A stretch of DNA of 63,951 nt, counting the filler, from Octopus bimaculoides (taxonomy: Eukaryota): the NCBI RefSeq assembly GCF_001194135.2. It is 6 parts of 6 records of this genome, joined end to end, with 100 filler letters (N's around TTAATTAATTAA, not from the genome) between each part and the next. Parts side by side here need not be neighbours in the genome. Positions count along the whole stretch, not along the records: positions 1 to 21,991 come from NC_069006.1; positions 22,092 to 38,749 come from NC_068987.1; 4 more parts are not named here. One strand, written 5' to 3'. Shown here piece by piece: positions 12,232 through 23,420 of the stretch. A model generated the notes under the pieces. The model was not told where the DNA came from, made no database searches, and worked only from the letters and a program-made list of their open reading frames with translations. Positions within the stretch are counted from its first letter, which is position 1. Every line of letters starts with the position of its first letter. The position numbers were made by a program, and so were the translations under genes.

Positions 12232-12750
12232 TTATTTTATGGCCATAAAGGCCTTACACAGAGGGGACAGCACATAGTGGGGACAAAAAAAATAACGAAT
12301 GAAATTATGCAATGAAAGATGAAATGAAGTCGCTCGGCCCCACCTCCGAATGACTTCATTGAACGTGTAGCAACACCATTGCATTACCCTTTGTAACAGC
12401 CAATTTGATATATCATTTGAACACAATTATTTACACAATAGTTAATCCATCTATTTTACCAAAATGTCTAAATTGTTTTTTTTTAAATGTCCACGTACCT
12501 TATTTTATTTACGGCATTGTGCTACTGTCTATTTGTTTGGACCATCATTCACAGTCACAGTTTTCTATATACCTATGCACCTTCCACAGGTTCTCCAGGT
12601 CCGTCAACACACAATAATATACACCTTCTATATCCACCTTGACTATTATGTCCTACGAATTCACTTCGCTATCCAGTTCCTCAATCTGTCCATTGTACAT
12701 TAATACGAATTTTTCATTACAGGGCGGGGGTGGGTAGTTTTGAGGCTCCT
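12232..12750 (-). mobile_element. Possible old L1/Tx1-like LINE 3' end
   Basis: The minus strand ends TGTCCCCTCTGTGTAAGGCCTTTATGGCCATAAAATAA, similar to the LINE terminus at 33012-33050. It is preceded by a degenerate C-terminal-like peptide (LWKVHR...KIRYVDI..TFW*NRW). Confidence 0.4.
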
Positions 12751-12940
12751 GTGTGTTTGCCATAGTTTTTTTTTTTTTTTTAGACTGGGCATGGGGAGAG
12801 AGTTGATGTCTGTCGGAAGCTGTTAGGGTAGAGTGGATGCGGGTGAGGGCGGGGGGTTGGAGGTCATCTTTNNNNNNNNNNACATACACACACACACACA
12901 CCCATGCCAGCATGGAAAACGGACGTTAAACGATGATGAT

Positions 12941-12975
<35 letters not shown>

Positions 12976-13029
12976 CACTCAACTTAATAAGGGTAATGAG
13001 AAGATTGTACCCATGGTGCCTTTTTCTCA

Positions 13030-13519
13030 GGGGCTTTAAAACTGGTAATAGAAAGTTCACCCTCATCAATGTAATCAATTAATGCTTCTGTAAGTTGTAA
13101 TTTTCTGAAAAATTCCATAATATCGTTTTTAATTTCATTCTGATTAGATCTGCGTGCGGTTGGAGTAAATTTTAATCCTTTTGCAAGTGATGCTGATTTT
13201 TGTTGCTAAGAAAGTTTGCTTATTACTTTGGGTTTTCCCTATATGTTTTGTTCCAATGTGTATCCCTGTTTCTCGGCACTGGGTTTTAAAATTTTTTGCT
13301 ATAATTACGTTGGTGTATTTCGTGTGCAAGATTCTTGGTGTGGATACGTGTGTTGAAAGAAATACAATTAAACCTTGGGAGAGGCATTATGCCGGTAATA
13401 AACACACGCACTGGTTCAGTCTTTTATTAATTTATATAGTTTTTTGTTAAATTATTTCATTGCACTCTTGCAATTTCTTCAGTAACTTGTCTCTCCACTT
13501 CCATTTATTTTGAATGTAT
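13030..13519 (-). mobile_element. Penelope-like element, N-terminal ORF fragment
   Basis: Minus strand SLAKGLKFTPT...DIMEFFRKLQLTE resembles the LxKGLxFxPTP...FxRKLRL motif of Penelope-like ORFs. Confidence 0.7.
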
Positions 13520-13639
13520 CTGAAGAGATTGCAAGAGTGCAATGAAATAATTTAACAAAAAACTATATAAATTAATAAAGGACTGAACCAGTGCATGTGT
13601 TTATTACCGGCATAATGCCTCTCCCAAGGTTTAATTGTA
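13363..13639. repeat. Near-perfect palindrome: 120-bp arms, 37-nt spacer
   Basis: 13363-13482 versus the reverse complement of 13520-13639 gives 117/120 identity by manual comparison. Confidence 0.97.
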
Positions 13640-14112
13640 CGTTGATATAATTGTCAGTGTTATTAATTATATTTGAATGGTTGGGATGCTGGTTTTGTTG
13701 TATGGGTAAATTGGTTTGTATTACATGGTTTGAGTATTTCGTTGGGGGTTAAACGTAGTCCCTTGAACATTTCTAATTGCTGGAGAAAAATTAGTACTAA
13801 CTCTGGGGTAGTTTCTTCTAGTATTTCTTATGAGGTTTCCCTATTCCTAGTTTGAAAACGATTTACTTGCAGGTGAAAGGTTAGCTTTGTGTGGTTGTGT
13901 TCTTTCAGATGTTTATAGTTTGGTCTAGTCGGTTGTTTATTCATTTCTATAAATGTTTTCATTCTGGAATTTTTCAGGAAGGAATTAACTGAACTGTACT
14001 CTCTTTTGAATTGAGTTTCATAATTAAGAAAACAATTAGCATTTTTTTCCCACCGTTGAAGAGAGTTTATTTCTTCAGACTTCACAGCTTTTGTTCCATA
14101 GTTTGAGAACAC
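13640..14112 (-). mobile_element. Penelope-like element, RT C-terminal/thumb fragment
   Basis: TQFKREYSSVNSFL...HNHTKLTF (resembles IxFTxExSxxxxNFLD...HPxHTKxxIPF), then RNYP...AIRNVQG, with frameshifts. Confidence 0.6.
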
Positions 14113-15048
14113 TTTTTACACCCATGCACACACGTGTCTATGAGTGTGAGTGCACGCATGTGCATGTATATCTATTTCCCCCTCTCATTCTTCCCTCTAC
14201 TGTTCTTCGCCTCTCCCTGTCACTGCTATCTCTCGTTGCTCGTCCTTCTACCTCTCGTTGCTCACTTTTATTCTACTTCCTCCCCTTCTTCTCCCTCTGC
14301 TACTCTTTCTCTCTACCCAGCACTGGTCATGTGTGTCCGGCTGCTATTTCTTTTCGTTCTTGGACTCCTCAAGCTCGCACGTACTTCTTTGCTCCTCCAG
14401 TTCGTGCTTCACAGAGTTCAATACATACACACTTCACGTCTGGCTGTACAGCCTTTTTGTTTGTTTATTTCACCGTTTCGTTTTCCTGTCTTGTTTTCCG
14501 TCCGCCACTACCCTCCACGAAAAAAATTTAATTTGTGTTCGTGGGAAGAACCATTTTAACGATGCGTACTGCCTTAATTCTTCGAAACGCCTGTGTTTTA
14601 ATGGTGGCAGCTGATGAAGGAGATGTTTCTATGTGGCCTGCTTGTTTGTTGCACCTTGTTTACTATTTTGTCCATGTTCTTTTGCCACGTCATGTACCCA
14701 GTTATGTATCNNNNNNNNNNNNNNNNNNNNNNNNNNNNNNNNNNNNNNNNNNNNNNNNNNNNNNNNNNNNNNNNNNNNNNNNNNNNNNNNNNNNNNNNNN
14801 NNNNNNNNNNNNNNNNNNNNNNNNNNNNNNNNNNNNNNNNNNNNNNNNNNNNNNNNNNNNNNNNNNNNNNNNNNNNNNNNNNNNNNNNNNNNNNNNNNNN
14901 NNNNNNNNNNNNNNNNNNNNNNNNNNNNNNNNNNNNNNNNNNNNNNNNNNNNNNNNNNNNNNNNNNNNNNNNNNNNNNNNNNNNNNNNNNNNNNNNNNNN
15001 NNNNNNNNNNNNNNNNNNNNNNNNNNNNNNNNNNNNNNNNNNNNNNNN

Positions 15049-15095
<47 letters not shown>

Positions 15096-15099
15096 TCTC

Positions 15100-15262
15100 C
15101 CACCACTGAAAACCAGTGTTGGTTTATTAATATACCCATAACTTAGCAGTTCAGCAAAATAGACCAACAGAATGAGCACCAGAGTGCTGGGATCGATTTG
15201 ACTAAATCCTTGGAAGTAGTGCCCCAGTATGGCCACAGTCCATTGATTGAAGTAAGTAAAAA
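15100..15262 (+). mobile_element. SINE family A, 3' half
   Basis: CACCACTGAAAACCAGTGTTGG...CCCAGTATGGCCACAGTCC. Confidence 0.75.
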
Positions 15263-15707
15263 GACAATTAAAATATTGTTGTTCATTTCAAACCAATGAA
15301 GTGCACACTTCCTAATAAGAAGATTCTACACAATAGCTCAACTTGCTAGAAATAGCAACCAAATCTCCCTAACATTAAACCTTAGCATCATAAAGTGAGA
15401 AGGACACATTGAATTATGTAGTGCTGATCTACTCAATTACAGCTGACCTGGGTTTAAACAACAAAAACAACATTTCAATGAAAATCACTTTTTAATTTAA
15501 AAGGTAAATATTTATTTGAGTTCTTAGATTTCCAGGTACACATTTTCTTTTAAAGAAACTTTTGTTCAACATTTTGAAACTGTTCTGCTGTGTTGCAGAA
15601 ATGGTTTTACTTAATGTTTTCCTGGGGAACGTTTTTAATTCCTAAGAAAATACCTACAAAAGACATAACAAAAAGTAAATACAACAGTAACAACATTAAT
15701 CATAATA

Positions 15708-15947
15708 CTCATTTACTTGTTTCAGTCATTTGACTGCGGCCATGCTGGAGCATCACAAACACAGACACACACATATATACATATATACGACAGGCTTCTT
15801 TCAGTTTCCGTCTACCAAATCCACTCACAAGGCTTTGGTCGGCCCGAGGCTATAGTAGAAGACACTTGCTCAAGGTGCCACGCAGTGGGACTGAACCCAG
15901 AACCATGTGGTTGGTAAGCAAGCTACTTACCACACAGCCACTCCTGT
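15708..15947 (-). mobile_element. SINE family A with internal deletion
   Basis: The tail is joined directly to the (CA)n block; the head is intact (GTGGCTGTGTGGTAAGTAGC on the minus strand). Confidence 0.85.
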
Positions 15948-16301
15948 ATGTGTATCTTTGTATTTGTCGCTCACCACTGCTTAACACTAATAATAATAAT
16001 AATCCTTTCTTCTAAAGGCACAAGGCCTGAAATTTTGGGGAAGGGAATTAGTCAATTACATCGACCCCGATGTTTCACTGCCTGGCCTGCTAACAATTCT
16101 GCCAGCTTGCAACCTTAAATACCAGCTTAATAATAATGGCAGATATTTTACTAAATTCTTCATTGTTTTCAAAATTAATTGAAACAAAGGTGGCATATTT
16201 AAAAAAAAAAATTACATGAACTGGATTAATGAAGTAGGTTTAAGTTCATTGCTAAAAGTGATGTCTATGGCGGGATTATGACCCAAGTCAATAAAAATAA
16301 G

Positions 16302-16620
16302 TGCAGGTGTGGCTGTGTGGAAAGATGCTTGCTTCCCAACCACATGGTTCCGGGTTCAATCCTACTACATGGCACCTTGAGCAAGTGTCTTCTACTTTGT
16401 CCATAGGCTGACCAAAGCCTTGTGAGTGGATTTGGTAGAGAGAAACTGAAGGAAGACCATCATATGTGTGTGTGTGTGGGGGTTGTCCTCATAACTTAGT
16501 AGTTTGGCAAAAGAGACCGATAGAATAAATGCCAGTCTGAAAAATAAATAAGTCCTGGGGTCGATTTGTTTGACTAAAATCCTTTAGATGACTGGTACAA
16601 GATAAAAGATAGATATACAG

Positions 16621-16667
<47 letters not shown>

Positions 16668-16885
16668 TGTATGTGTATGTAGGTGTATCTTTGTATTTGT
16701 CACTCACCACTGCTTAACAACCAGTGTTGGTTTGTTTGCATCCTCATGATTTAGCAGTTCAGCAAAGGTGATTAAGAGAATAAGTACCAAGCTTAAAAAA
16801 TAAGTACAGGAGTCTATTTGTTAAATCAAACTGTTCACAGTCATGCTCCAGCATGGTCACCGTCAAATAACTGAAACAAGTAATG
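16302..16885 (+). mobile_element. SINE family A copy followed by a second 3' half
   Basis: Head at 16302 (GCAGGTGTGGCTGTGTGG), body to about 16580, (TA)(CA)n, then another 3' half at about 16680-16885. Confidence 0.8.
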
Positions 16886-16961
16886 ATAAAGGATTATTGA
16901 GATCAAAAATAAAGAAGATAAAAGAAACACTTATGGAGATTTAGGCTCAACTGTAACTTAC

Positions 16962-17220
16962 TTTAAAACTGCTCCACGTGACACAACCACCAACATCACC
17001 ATCATTTATATGAGTAGCAAATATCACAATGATGTATCTATTAGAATAACCGGATGATAGAATTGCTTCACCATTCATAGTCTTTGTATTGAGTTCAGCC
17101 CCATATTTCAGACTGATGATACAAGGAAGTGTTTCAAGACCGGTTGTCTTCATTCCAACATCAGCACCATTCTGCAGTATCATCTCTACAATATTACTGT
17201 TATAACAGGTTTCACAAGTT
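16962..17220 (-). pseudogene. Candidate ankyrin-repeat-like exon or pseudo-exon
   Basis: Open frame TCETCYNSNIVEMILQNGADVGMK...SLKYGAELNTKTMNGEAIL... resembles ankyrin repeats (IVELLLxxGADVN). It ends at AAA|GTAAGT (canonical donor); the upstream AG acceptor is weak. Confidence 0.4.
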
Positions 17221-17569
17221 CTACATATGTAAATGTGTTTTTGCTTACGTCTTGTTGATTGATCTAAAAATGAAAAGTAAAGAGATAAATAGACACATGT
17301 TTGTTAAAGGACCTTGTTTCCCAACCATGTGGTTGCATGTTGCAGTCCCACTGTGCAGTACCTTCGGCAAGTATCTTCTACAATATCACCGAGCCAGCCA
17401 AAACCTTTTGAGAGTGAATTCGGCAAACTAAAAGAAGCCCATTTTGTGTGTGTGTGTGTGTGTACATATAAGTATGTATGAGTGCTTGTGTACCCTTGTC
17501 TTGACTCTATATGATGGTTTTAAATGAGCATCACTGTCATATAAGTGTAGTTGTTTGTTTGCAGTCTTC

Positions 17570-17720
17570 ATTATTATCATTGTTTAGCATCCATTTTCTG
17601 TGCTGGCATGGGTAAGATGGTTTAACTGATGCTGGTAAGTTGCACCAAGCTCCAGTCTATTTTGGCTTCGTTTCTATGGCTGGATGCTCTTCCAAACGCT
17701 AACCACTTGCACAGGGTTCT
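17570..17720 (-). mobile_element. SINE family E, degenerate 3' part
   Basis: Reverse complement resembles GGTTAGCGTTTGGAAGAGCATCCAGCC...CCCATGCCAGCAC...GGATGCTAAACAATGATAAT, homologous to 62590-62757. Confidence 0.65.
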
Positions 17721-18415
17721 TTCATGTGTCACCAACACTGGCGATGACTTCAATTTCACTTAGCTTGACATGTCTTCTCAACCATAGTAAATCACCAAGC
17801 ATCTTGGTCACTTGTCATCACTTCTGTGAGACTCAACATTCAAGGATCATATTTCACCACTTCCTGTTACATTAAGTACTTTTATAAAATCGTAACGATT
17901 TTGATGTGTATGTCCATCTTATCAAATATTAAAAATTCAAAATCAAAGATTAAGAAATAAGAAAAACTTGATGCTTATTACACAATGTTCAGATTTGGCA
18001 AAGTACCAGTGTAGGTAGTTAATTGCCGGTCTTGTGTAAGTTAATAGGATAGAGAAGATATAGAAGACACACTATGATCTAAAAAAAAAAAAATGTGAAA
18101 GAAATTAAAATATAGCGCTTCCAGTAATTGTATCAAAGTTGTTCCCTTTGCATACTTTTTTTTTTCTTTCATTTAGATCAAATCAAGTATGGCATGAATG
18201 AGGATGTAGAGGAAAATAAGCGTTAATTTGGCTGCTATTTCCAGCAGGTCTTTTCCAAGAGCATCATACAGAGTTCTTTAAATAAAAGAAAATTGCTTTG
18301 TTTTAGGTGAGATATGAAACCAGACCAGCCTTAGAGGCTATGTTGTCATTCAATATACTTGAAATAGATGCTTAAGTCTCCATCAAAGTTCATCTTACTG
18401 TCTTTAGAAAAAATA

Positions 18416-18638
18416 ATAATTATGGTTTCAAATTTGAGCACAAGGCCAGTACTTTCAGAGGAAGGGGTAAGTCAACTACATCGACCCCAGTACTCAATTG
18501 GTACTTACTTTATCGACCCCAAAAAGGATGAAAGACAGAGTCAACCTCAGCGGAATTTAAATTAAGAACTTAACGGCAGACGAAATGCCACTAAGCATTT
18601 GCCTGGTGCAGTAACGATTCTGTCAGTGTGCCGCCTTA
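18416..18638 (-). mobile_element. SINE family B (B2 tail)
   Basis: Homologous to 8367-8585 over its full length. Confidence 0.85.
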
Positions 18639-19033
18639 AAACTAAGAATAGCAACAACTAATGATTATCGAAGGAATATACTGTAAAACAAAGTCCAAGA
18701 GGACTAACTATAGCTTAGCATCACCGACTTTGTTGCTCGTAATTTTCCTTATTACGCGTATTTTATCTTTTATTATGGATCTATTCCATCTTAGTTACAG
18801 ATTTTTAAATTAATTTTTTTTTAGCTTAACAGTTTGAAACTTCGAATACTGGTTGAATGTGTCACGTAGAACACGGTTTACTCAGAACGTTTTTGACCGA
18901 CCCCAGTAATTATATAATTTTAGAGTCTGGTACTCATTCTATCGGTCTCTTTTGCTAAACCGCTATGTTACGGGAATGAAGACACACCAGCACCGGTTGC
19001 CAAGCAGGTGGTGTGAGGGGTACAAAGACACAC

Positions 19034-19067
<34 letters not shown>

Positions 19068-19702
19068 TTTAAAATGCAGAGATGCCTATAATAGGACATC
19101 TACTCGCTAGAAATAGCAGTAAAAGACTACATACCACAAAAGTTAGGGATAATTTCGAAAGGNNNNNNNNNNNNNNNNNNNNNNNNNNNNNNNNNNNNNN
19201 NNNNNNNNNNNNNNNNNNNNNNNNNNNNNNNNNNNNNNNNNNNNNNNNNNNNNNNNNNNNNNNNNNNNNNNNNNNNNNNNNNNNNNNNNNNNNNNNNNNN
19301 NNNNNNNNNNNNNNNNNNNNNNNNNNNNNNNNNNNNNNNNNNNNNNNNNNNNNNNNNNNNNNNNNNNNNNNNNNNNNNNNNNNNNNNNNNNNNNNNNNNN
19401 NNNNNNNNNNNNNNNNNNNNNNNNNNNNNNNNNNNNNNNNNNNNNNNNNNNNNNNNNNNNNNNNNNNNNNNNNNNNNNNNNNNNNNNNNNNNNNNNNNNN
19501 NNNNNNNNNNNNNNNNNNNNNNNNNNNNNNNNNNNNNNNNNNNNNNCAGACGAAGACAGGTGGTGTAGAAAAAAAATAGATGTATTAATATAACGCTCGG
19601 GAATTGAAAAAGTCTTTAACATTTCGGGCCTACGCTCTTCCACAGAAAAAAAACAAGGAGAGAAAAAAATGTGTGTAGTGGTTAGCGATCTATCGTGGCG
19701 AA

Positions 19703-19753
<51 letters not shown>

Positions 19754-20301
19754 CACACACACGACGGCTTCTTTCGGTTTCCGTCTAACAGATCTACTCA
19801 CAAGGCTTTGATCGGCCCGAATTTATAGAAGACACTCACCCAAGGTGCTAAGCAGTGACACTAAACACTGGACTCGTAACCATGCAGTGGGAAAGCAAAC
19901 TTTATCACACAGCCACGCCTGTAATTAAATCTTACAGCGGTACATTTTCTAGGGTGTAGATTTCTTTTTTTTCTTATCGCTTTTATAACGACGGAAGGGC
20001 GGTGCCCATGTCTGTTTATAGGAACATTGACGCTAATGAGAAGGAAACGCGATCTGAATGCGGTATACCTCCACTAGTGTGGCCCACACCAGCGACTTTG
20101 TTTCTTCATAACTTTCAGAAAAAATATTTTTTAATGGAATTTTCTACAGATACCTCTCAGATGGTGTAAATTACGATTTAAATGTGGATAAAAAGAAGAA
20201 AATGATAGGCGCAAATACGCATCACTGACACACTTCGTGAATTTTTTTTCAAAGTTTCATGTTTCGTTTTGTAGATATATAAGAGATGATGTCAGTATAT
20301 A

Positions 20302-20516
20302 CGAGAGGGTACTGAAAAGTTCCTGGCTTTAAGGGTATCACGAAAAACTTGGTTGGAGGCCCAAACTTCCGAGTTCTTTTATAGGGTTTTAGAAAAACTG
20401 AAGGACATCTGCAATGTGTGTATGAATCTGAGAGTGCAATATGTTGAATAAAATCATAATTAACTGATCTTGTATTTTCTTCTACCCAAAGCGGGAAGCT
20501 TTTCAGCATCCTCTCG
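20302..20516 (+). mobile_element. Mariner-derived MITE (internal deletion derivative)
   Basis: TA-flanked TIRs CGAGAGGGTACTGAAAAGTTCC and GGAAGCTTTTCAGCATCCTCTCG. The interior retains a mariner C-terminus (EKLKDIC..C.NL...YVE*). Confidence 0.85.
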
Positions 20517-20871
20517 TACATGTTCGCGCCCACCAATCAGATTAAATTCTAGTATGATCGTAATCTACACCATCTGAAGGGTATTCGTAAGAAATTTCAT
20601 TAATAAAAAAAAAATGCTAGGTGGAAAACACATCTGTAGGAAAGCCTTACAAAGTGGACGCCACAAAATCACCAAGGAGCATATGTTGGTCTGATACAGG
20701 GAACGGATAATATCTACCATTTAATTAGCCCACAGCGGAATTTGAACACGAAACGCAAAGAGCAGGAGGAAATAGCGAAATGCATCCCGTCCAACACAGT
20801 AATACTTCGTTTATCGTCCTCAGAAAGGTGAAAGCAAGGTTGACTTCAATGAGATTCGAACCAGTATTTGA

Positions 20872-21063
20872 TACATTATTTACATTTGACGGATATTTGT
20901 CCTCATCTTGTTTGTTGTTAACACAACGTTTCGGCTGATATACTCTTCAGCCTGAAGAAAGCTGGAGGGTATATCAGCCGAAACGTTGTGTTAACAACAA
21001 ACAAGATGAGGACAAATATCCGTCAAATGTAAATAATGTACATAATTCCTCATCTCTCAAATA
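20872..21063 (+). mobile_element. Penelope-like terminal-repeat remnant folded as an 80-bp hairpin
   Basis: Arms 20872-20951 and 20961-21040 are complementary except for two positions, both G-U compatible. The loop is CTGAAGAAA. Confidence 0.7.
20952..20987 (+). ncRNA. Minimal hammerhead-ribozyme-like core
   Basis: CTGAAGA-A-AGCTGG agggtata TCAGCC-GAAAC-GTT gives CUGANGA, stem II, GAAA and a palindromic minimal stem III (AACGTT). The first stem II pair is A-C, and the stem I partner is not evident. Confidence 0.5.
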
Positions 21064-21672
21064 TATCTCTGTAACAATATTTGATGGTATTCATAAAGTT
21101 TGGGTCGTGGTTTCAACAGTCCAGCATGTCCTGAGCGATTTCCATGACTTATTGCTTCTGCTACTACGCCAGCACCTTGGGGACGAATTTCGTCGACACT
21201 CACCGCATGCAGAAATCCTCCGTTAAAATCTGTGTTTGTTCCCACTTCGTGAGCAATTTCATGGATTGCTACACGACCGTATTCCATGACTATTCGTCAA
21301 ACTTTCACAATTGGCTCCTCGTTTCGGCTTGTGGATGACCTGCCTGGGCGTGTCTTGCTCTCTACTGAGGTGCAGCCATGTTTGAAGTGATTGTGCCACA
21401 CAATGATCTGTGTTTTTCTCAATTTTCTAGATGGTTTGAGCTTGAGTACCATCAAGCTTTTGGCAAAATTCGATGCGTTTCGTTGAAACGAAAATCCGAC
21501 GAGCGTACACTAAACGTTTGTACTCTAGGTGTAACAACTGGTAACTAACGAGGCCTTATGGCGCAAAATTTTTTACGCATGCGCAAGAAGGGTCACCTCC
21601 TGCCAAACGATTTTGCATACACGGTATTAGTTTTGGCGGGAAAAACTAAGATCGGATACTTTGTGAACCTCA
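21064..21672 (-). mobile_element. Mariner transposon, 5' half, pseudogenised transposase
   Basis: FKHGCTSVESKTRPGRSSTSRNEE...VMEYGRVAIHEIAHEVG...VSTKFVPKVL...DMLDC*NHDPNFMNTI; TIR-like GAGGTTCACAAAGTATCCGA at the right end. Confidence 0.85.
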
Positions 21673-21991
21673 CTACCAGACTGTAGTGAAACTACCTCCC
21701 GCCATTAGATACAAACTACTATCGCCATTACATACAATCTTCTCATTTAAATATAAATAAATGCGAGCGTAGTAGAGAACCCATTCCTTGTCATCACGTG
21801 ACTGATTATTATTCGAATCGGCAACTTCTTCGAACCTTTCCCGCCAGAACGCAAACTGACCAATCACAGCCCCTAATAAGGTCACGTGATAGAGTATTAA
21901 ACTGAAGCCATTGGGAGCCAATAGTTTGTTATAAATAGCTTTAACTCATACCCAACAAATTTGTCTCGGTCCAGTTTCTCTTTGAGATCTG

Positions 21992-22091
21992 NNNNNNNNN
22001 NNNNNNNNNNNNNNNNNNNNNNNNNNNNNNNNNNNTTAATTAATTAANNNNNNNNNNNNNNNNNNNNNNNNNNNNNNNNNNNNNNNNNNNN
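21992..22091. other. Artificial assembly spacer N44-TTAATTAATTAA-N44 (also 38750-38849, 47201-47300, 52039-52138, 59976-60075)
   Basis: Identical 100-bp construct five times; the 12-mer gives stops in all six frames. Confidence 0.97.
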
Positions 22092-22129
22092 ATATATATA
22101 TATATATATATATATATACGCATGTGTAT

Positions 22130-22350
22130 ATGCTTCTGTGTGTATGCTTCTTCCCCACCACCGCTTGACAACCGTTGTTGGTTTGTTTATGCTCCCACAA
22201 CGTAATAAATGAGACGGATGGAATAATTACCAGACTTAAAAAAAAACACAAAAAGCAAAACAAAACAAAACAGTAATCAATTCGGGGCGATTTGTCCGAG
22301 CAAACCCTTCAAAGCGGTGCTCCAGCGAGCTGCAGCCCAAAGATTAAAAC
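22130..22350 (+). mobile_element. SINE family A, 3' half
   Basis: CCACCACCGCTTGACAACCG...CTTCAAAGCGGTGCTCCAGC. Confidence 0.75.
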
Positions 22351-22379
22351 AAGTTATATATAAAAAATGATAAGAAAAT

Positions 22380-22930
22380 TACGAATAGAGTTTTATTCGA
22401 TAATGTTTTTATCCAGGATCATTTCAACTGCGTTTTAAAATCTTATTCTTTTATTGTATTTCGCATGCATCTATCCATTGCAGTGAAATTCTTTGTCTAA
22501 AATTCTCTGAGCTTCCATGCCATATTCGATTATTCATTATGTGAACTTTTCAAATTCGTGAAGCATCGAATTCTTTTACAATAATTCTATCGATTTGCTG
22601 TTCATTTTCTTCGCTTGTTACACCATTTGCTTCTTCGTGTGCACAATTTTGATACAAATGCAGGAGGTCTTCGTGATTAGTTAATTCTTTCGAATGGGAT
22701 TCAAAGAAACCACGAACATCCACAGTTTCACCGTCGCCAAACACTCTTCAGATGATAGCTATTTTTCTCGCTCAGAACGTCACTGAAATCATTAACGCAA
22801 TGCAGTAAAATATGATAAAATGTGATGAAATAGCATAATATAGCAAAATATGAATTCAAACAGCTCTTCTGTTCTTTGTTATGACTTTATCTTGCGATTC
22901 ATGAATATTTTCAAAGGCAGTTTTAAATAT
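22380..22930 (-). mobile_element. Tigger/pogo transposase, C-terminal remnant
   Basis: NIKTAFENIHES...AV* then FGDGETVDVRGFFESHSKELTNHEDL, resembling the Tigger motif GFxEVDxxDVxELLxSHxxELTNEDL. Confidence 0.65.
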
Positions 22931-23120
22931 TGAATTAGTACCAGTGGGATTGCTTCTTTTCTTATTGTAACCTTAATTGCATGTTCGAACGATTAAAAAA
23001 AAAAAAAAGCCTTTAGAAATAGAAAATATCCCCTTGGTTTATAGTTTGTAAAAGGGATGCCATGTTCGGAGGCAAAAATATGAGTTTTAAATTTTCCCAC
23101 AAGTAACTAATTACAGGAAA

Positions 23121-23420
23121 TGACACTCCGTCGGTTACGACGACGAGGTTTCCAATTGATCAAATCAACAAAACAGCCTGCTCATGGAATTAACGTGCCA
23201 GTGGCTGAGTACTCCACAGACATGCATACCCTTAACATAGTACTAAGGGTGACTCAGTGTGACAAAAATGTGACAAGGCTGGCCCTTTGAATTACAAGTA
23301 CAACTCATTTTTGCCAGTCGAGCGAACTGGAGCAACGTAAAATAAAGCATCGCCGGGAATCGAACTCATGACCTCACGATCGTGTGGTGAATGCTCTAAC
23401 CACTAAGCCAGGCACCTTCA
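23121..23420 (-). mobile_element. SINE family C
   Basis: tRNA-like head GGTGCCTGGCTTAGTGGTTAGAGC...GAGTTCGATTCCCGG on the minus strand, followed by the family C body. Confidence 0.85.
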
